Source: Verrucomicrobiota bacterium (lineage in GTDB: Bacteria; Verrucomicrobiota; Verrucomicrobiia; Limisphaerales; JADLHS01). Taken from it: a DNA stretch of 40,943 nucleotides. The translations under genes and the position numbers were made by a program. The notes under the pieces are model-generated. The model saw only the letters and a program-made list of their open reading frames with translations. It was not told the origin of the DNA and did no database searches. The stretch's first letter is position 1. Each line of letters opens with the position of its first letter. Shown one piece after another: positions 38,327-40,943 of this stretch. The stretch spans positions 1-40,943 of the forward strand of contig JANPGI010000565.1 of assembly GCA_031423875.1 (NCBI GenBank), written 5' to 3'.

Positions 38327-38524
38327 ATGTCTCTGATCTCTCTCGCTGTCACGCTGATTGTCATCGGCGTGTTGTTGTGGCTGGTCAACTCTTACATCCC
38401 GATGGATGGGAAAATCAAAAAGATTCTCAATGTCGTGGTGGTGATCTGTGTCGTCGTGTGGTTGTTATACGCATTCGGCATTCTGGATCGCTCCACCGAC
38501 ATCCGCGTTCCGCAGCTCCGGTAA
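38327..38524 (+). CDS. Small two-TM membrane protein (Thivi_2564-like)
   Basis: GGAGG RBS; LIVIGVLLWLVN.YIPMD.KIK.ILN.VVVI.VV.WLL..FG. Confidence 0.8.
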   Translation: MSLISLAVTLIVIGVLLWLVNSYIPMDGKIKKILNVVVVICVVVWLLYAFGILDRSTDIRVPQLR

Positions 38525-38550
38525 CAAAGGCTCTACCAACCATCACTCCT

Positions 38551-38910
38551 ATGATTCCCAATCACGAACAGTTCCTAGCCGCCATCAAAGATCGCAAAAA
38601 AGTCAACGTGCGGTTCTATTCCAAACCTGACAGTGGCGTGGTGGATCGCGTCTGTGTGCCGATGGATTATGGCCCGGGCGAGAATCCTGACGGATTGAAT
38701 CGCTACTGGCTTTGGGATGAAACGAGCGAAGCTAGCGATCACAAACTAGGCTTGGTGCCGCAGCAGATTGTGGACATGAGCATTCTGGGAGAGGTGTTTG
38801 ATCCGACACAATTTGTCGTGCCTCCTGTACCCGCACCAGTCGCAGTCGCGGCGGGACTGCCTCCCACAAGTGTCACTGAATCCGAAGTCATCCAACCCCC
38901 GGTGTTATGA
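38551..38910 (+). CDS. Hypothetical protein, WYL-domain-like
   Basis: AI..RKKV.V.FYS......R...P.DYG......YWLWD pattern; Pro-rich tail. Confidence 0.6.
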   Translation: MIPNHEQFLAAIKDRKKVNVRFYSKPDSGVVDRVCVPMDYGPGENPDGLNRYWLWDETSEASDHKLGLVPQQIVDMSILGEVFDPTQFVVPPVPAPVAVAAGLPPTSVTESEVIQPPVL

Positions 38911-39086
38911 AAACAGCCGGTGAAACTGATGACCGTAAGCTAAAATGGAATCCGACGACTCCCGAACGAATCCATTACAAGGCTTTTTCGCATGAAGTGT
39001 TGATGGCCTTCCCGACTCGGGATTCTGTTCGCGTCCGAATTGCCAGTCGCGCCGGGCGTGCATTGCTGATAGACATGGGGAAGTGA
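38907..39086 (+). CDS. 59-aa hypothetical ORF coupled at both ends
   Basis: ATGA overlap with upstream stop and GTGA overlap with downstream start. Confidence 0.4.
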   Translation: MKTAGETDDRKLKWNPTTPERIHYKAFSHEVLMAFPTRDSVRVRIASRAGRALLIDMGK

Positions 39087-39631
39087 AGGGCAAAGAACAG
39101 CAACCGCCAGACGCAGCCAGTCCCAAGACTCGCATTGAACAAGCGGAGGCTCGTACCGAGCAAGCCGAAGTCCGCACCGAGCAAGCCGAAGCGCGCACCG
39201 AACAGGCGAAGGCCCGCACCGAACAGGCGGAGACTCGTACCGAGCAAGCTGAAACCCGTACCGAACAGGCGAAGACGCGTACTGAGCAGGCTGAGACGAG
39301 AACCGAACGGGCCGAGACAGCTTTGGAAAACTTGAGCCATAAGGATGGGAATTTGCGGCGAGAAGTTTCTGCGACCACACACAAAGTTTTTCCTACGTCT
39401 GTCTCCAACGACCAACCTCATCCGCTCGAACAGTTGACGATCCGTCAGCGGGAAATCCTCCAATTGATCGCCGAAGGCCAGAACACCAAGCAGATCGCGG
39501 ATATTCTTAACGTCAGCCCGAAGACCGTCGAGTATCACCGCATGAAATTGATGGCGGGACTAAATCTACATGATATTCCCGGTCTGGTGCGATACGCCAT
39601 GCGCGTCGGTTTGATCCCGCCGGAAGGTTGA
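39083..39631 (+). CDS. LuxR-HTH regulator with N-terminal heptad-repeat coiled coil, no receiver
   Basis: (RTEQAE[A/T])x9, then LTIRQREILQLIAEG.NTKQIA..LNVSPKTVEYHR. Confidence 0.88.
   Translation: MKGKEQQPPDAASPKTRIEQAEARTEQAEVRTEQAEARTEQAKARTEQAETRTEQAETRTEQAKTRTEQAETRTERAETALENLSHKDGNLRREVSATTHKVFPTSVSNDQPHPLEQLTIRQREILQLIAEGQNTKQIADILNVSPKTVEYHRMKLMAGLNLHDIPGLVRYAMRVGLIPPEG
39131..39319 (+). repeat. 21-bp tandem repeat x9 (coding)
   Basis: CG(C/T)ACCGA(A/G)CA(A/G)GCN(G/A)A(A/G)NNN units. Confidence 0.92.
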
Positions 39632-39822
39632 CGCGCGAATCTTCAATTCGCCGTCGCACTATCGGACGACTAGTCCGTGTGTGGACGTTCGCTTAAAATG
39701 AATCTCACGTCTGATGCCTGCGAAGTGCCAGTGCCAGTGTCCCGAGTAGAGCGCTGCTGCCAGATGTAGGCAGGAGCGCCCCCAACATCGTTTGCTCAAG
39801 TAGAGAGTCATGGCTTTGGCTT

Positions 39823-40437
39823 TCAAGGTTGAGGATCACGAGTGCGATAGAACCGCTTGGAAAAACTTCCGGCGTTTGTGTTCGTATAATTTGCTGAACC
39901 ACTCGCCCCTGTGGTTACCGTGCCGAGGATCATCCACGTATTCAAATTCGTCGTGGTCTGGATTTCATACGTGTGAGCTGCTTTTCCCGTCACAGCGAGT
40001 ATCGCCTGCTTATTGGCTGCCACGAAAATCTGCTGTTTTGCAAGGCCGCCCGGCACGGTGTAAAAGATCTCGTTCGAGAATATGCTTTCCAGACCGATTG
40101 AATTATAAGCGACGACTGTGAAGTAATAAGTCGCGCCGATCAACAGGCCGGGGATTGAATTGGATGTCACGTTGCCCACCATGATGCTGTTCGTATAATT
40201 CCCGCTCACCGCGCCGTAATAAATGCGGTAGCCGGTGGCATCGGCACTGGAGCTGGCGTCCCAAGCCAGCGTCACGCCTAGAGCGGGTGCTGCTGCTGCG
40301 CTGAATGCCGTGCGGGGGCTGTGCATCAGTGCAACGGACAGCATCAATCCCAGAGCTTGACCGAGTCTTGCGATCCGTAAAACTCGACACAGTTTTTTTA
40401 CGCAACATGCAACCGTTGATCCAAATGTTTTTTGCAT
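39823..40437 (-). CDS. Secreted fibronectin type III protein with C-terminal RFYR-type domain
   Basis: Signal-like N-terminus; VTLAWD....ATGYRIYYG..SGNYT, L..GATYYF.V.AYN..G.ES..SNE. Confidence 0.82.
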   Translation of the reverse strand: MQKTFGSTVACCVKKLCRVLRIARLGQALGLMLSVALMHSPRTAFSAAAAPALGVTLAWDASSSADATGYRIYYGAVSGNYTNSIMVGNVTSNSIPGLLIGATYYFTVVAYNSIGLESIFSNEIFYTVPGGLAKQQIFVAANKQAILAVTGKAAHTYEIQTTTNLNTWMILGTVTTGASGSANYTNTNAGSFSKRFYRTRDPQP

Positions 40438-40687
40438 GATTACTGGTACGGCTCGCCATCTCTGGACGCGACTAGGGTGTTCCTTGCGATACAGGAAAAA
40501 CCCTTGGTGCAAAATGTCGGGGAACAATGAACGGCTGAACGGCCAGTAGCCGTGCTGCCAGATAGTGACGGCGACGTCCCTCGAGGAGAACAAACCGGTG
40601 CGGTGAAAAGAACGATGCGATGACGAGAGAGGGAACGGCGACAAAAGTAGAAGGTGCGTTTTAGGCCAGCCACCAGCATGTCTTTTC

Positions 40688-40730
40688 GGGTAACACCCCA
40701 TAGCTACCGCAGGTCATCCCACCGCACTAT
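40688..40730 (+). promoter_or_regulatory. Regulon box (40692-40703) plus weak -10-like CACTAT 40725-40730
   Basis: Exact 12-mer upstream of the second CBM48 gene. Confidence 0.7.
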
Positions 40731-40792
40731 GGCGATGTGAAGGGGAACGCATTTTCAAGATCAAGTGCGCCTCTCCCGATGAATCGCCGACC

Positions 40793-40943
40793 ATGAAACA
40801 CAACAAGAACCATGACAATGCTCCAGACTCAGCCCAAGCATTGATGCCGGTTCACTTTGAGTTCACTCACCTGACCGCTGCCACCGTTTGCGTTGCAGGC
40901 ACGTTCAACAACTGGCATCCCACCACCAAAGCCATGCACCCAG
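40793..40943 (+). CDS. Second copy of the CBM48 glycogen-binding protein, 3'-truncated by window edge
   Basis: 40771-40943 matches 15148-15320 with 3 mismatches. Confidence 0.88.
   Translation, partial: MKHNKNHDNAPDSAQALMPVHFEFTHLTAATVCVAGTFNNWHPTTKAMHP

Noticed and set aside
39131-39319. 21-bp tandem array as CRISPR
   Set aside because: No spacers; variation is mostly at codon third positions, so it is a coding repeat
9075-40703. AACACCCCATAG copies as CRISPR repeats, attC sites or IS ends
   Set aside because: Only 12-18 bp, kilobases apart, no cas, integrase or transposase; fixed spacing to -10 hexamers fits operator sites better
1-40943. tRNA, rRNA or known riboswitch
   Set aside because: None recognisable by eye; an Infernal/tRNAscan run would be needed to exclude them

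Overview
GC-rich bacterial window; gene style suggests Verrucomicrobiota (inference). It has six blocks. (1) 1-8790: a co-oriented signalling operon of CheR(B)-PAS fusion, PAS kinase, kaiC-kaiB-kaiB (no kaiA), PAS kinase and NarL-type regulator, with GGAGCGCG..CGCGCTCC palindromic repeats on both sides of the kai block. (2) 9.2-17.3 kb: envelope and general-stress genes (DUF3494 ice-binding protein, beta-barrel, acetyltransferase, deacetylase, double-receiver protein, CBM48, ElaB/YqjE/YqjK-like, PRC-barrel). (3) 17.4-24.4 kb: nhaR divergent from HPF-terC-purK-purE-sbtA-sbtB-ldhA, bracketed by a duplicated ldhA 5' end. (4) 24.5-28.4 kb: a large secreted PQQ/GSDH mosaic protein. (5) 28.5-38.0 kb: MlaA-lipase fusion, Spinster-like MFS and aas, interrupted by a SIR2 defence-like gene between inverted REP-like elements. 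(6) 38.1-40.9 kb: small stress-type genes, a heptad-repeat LuxR protein, an Fn3 protein and a second CBM48 copy. The strongest hidden signal is AACACCCCATAG, half of an imperfect ATGGGGT-N4-ACCCCAT palindrome. It occurs six times exactly plus one variant, always upstream of a gene and 20-21 nt before a -10-like hexamer. This suggests an activator regulon, plausibly the output of the Kai/two-component operon. All family assignments come from motif recognition by eye; no searches were run.
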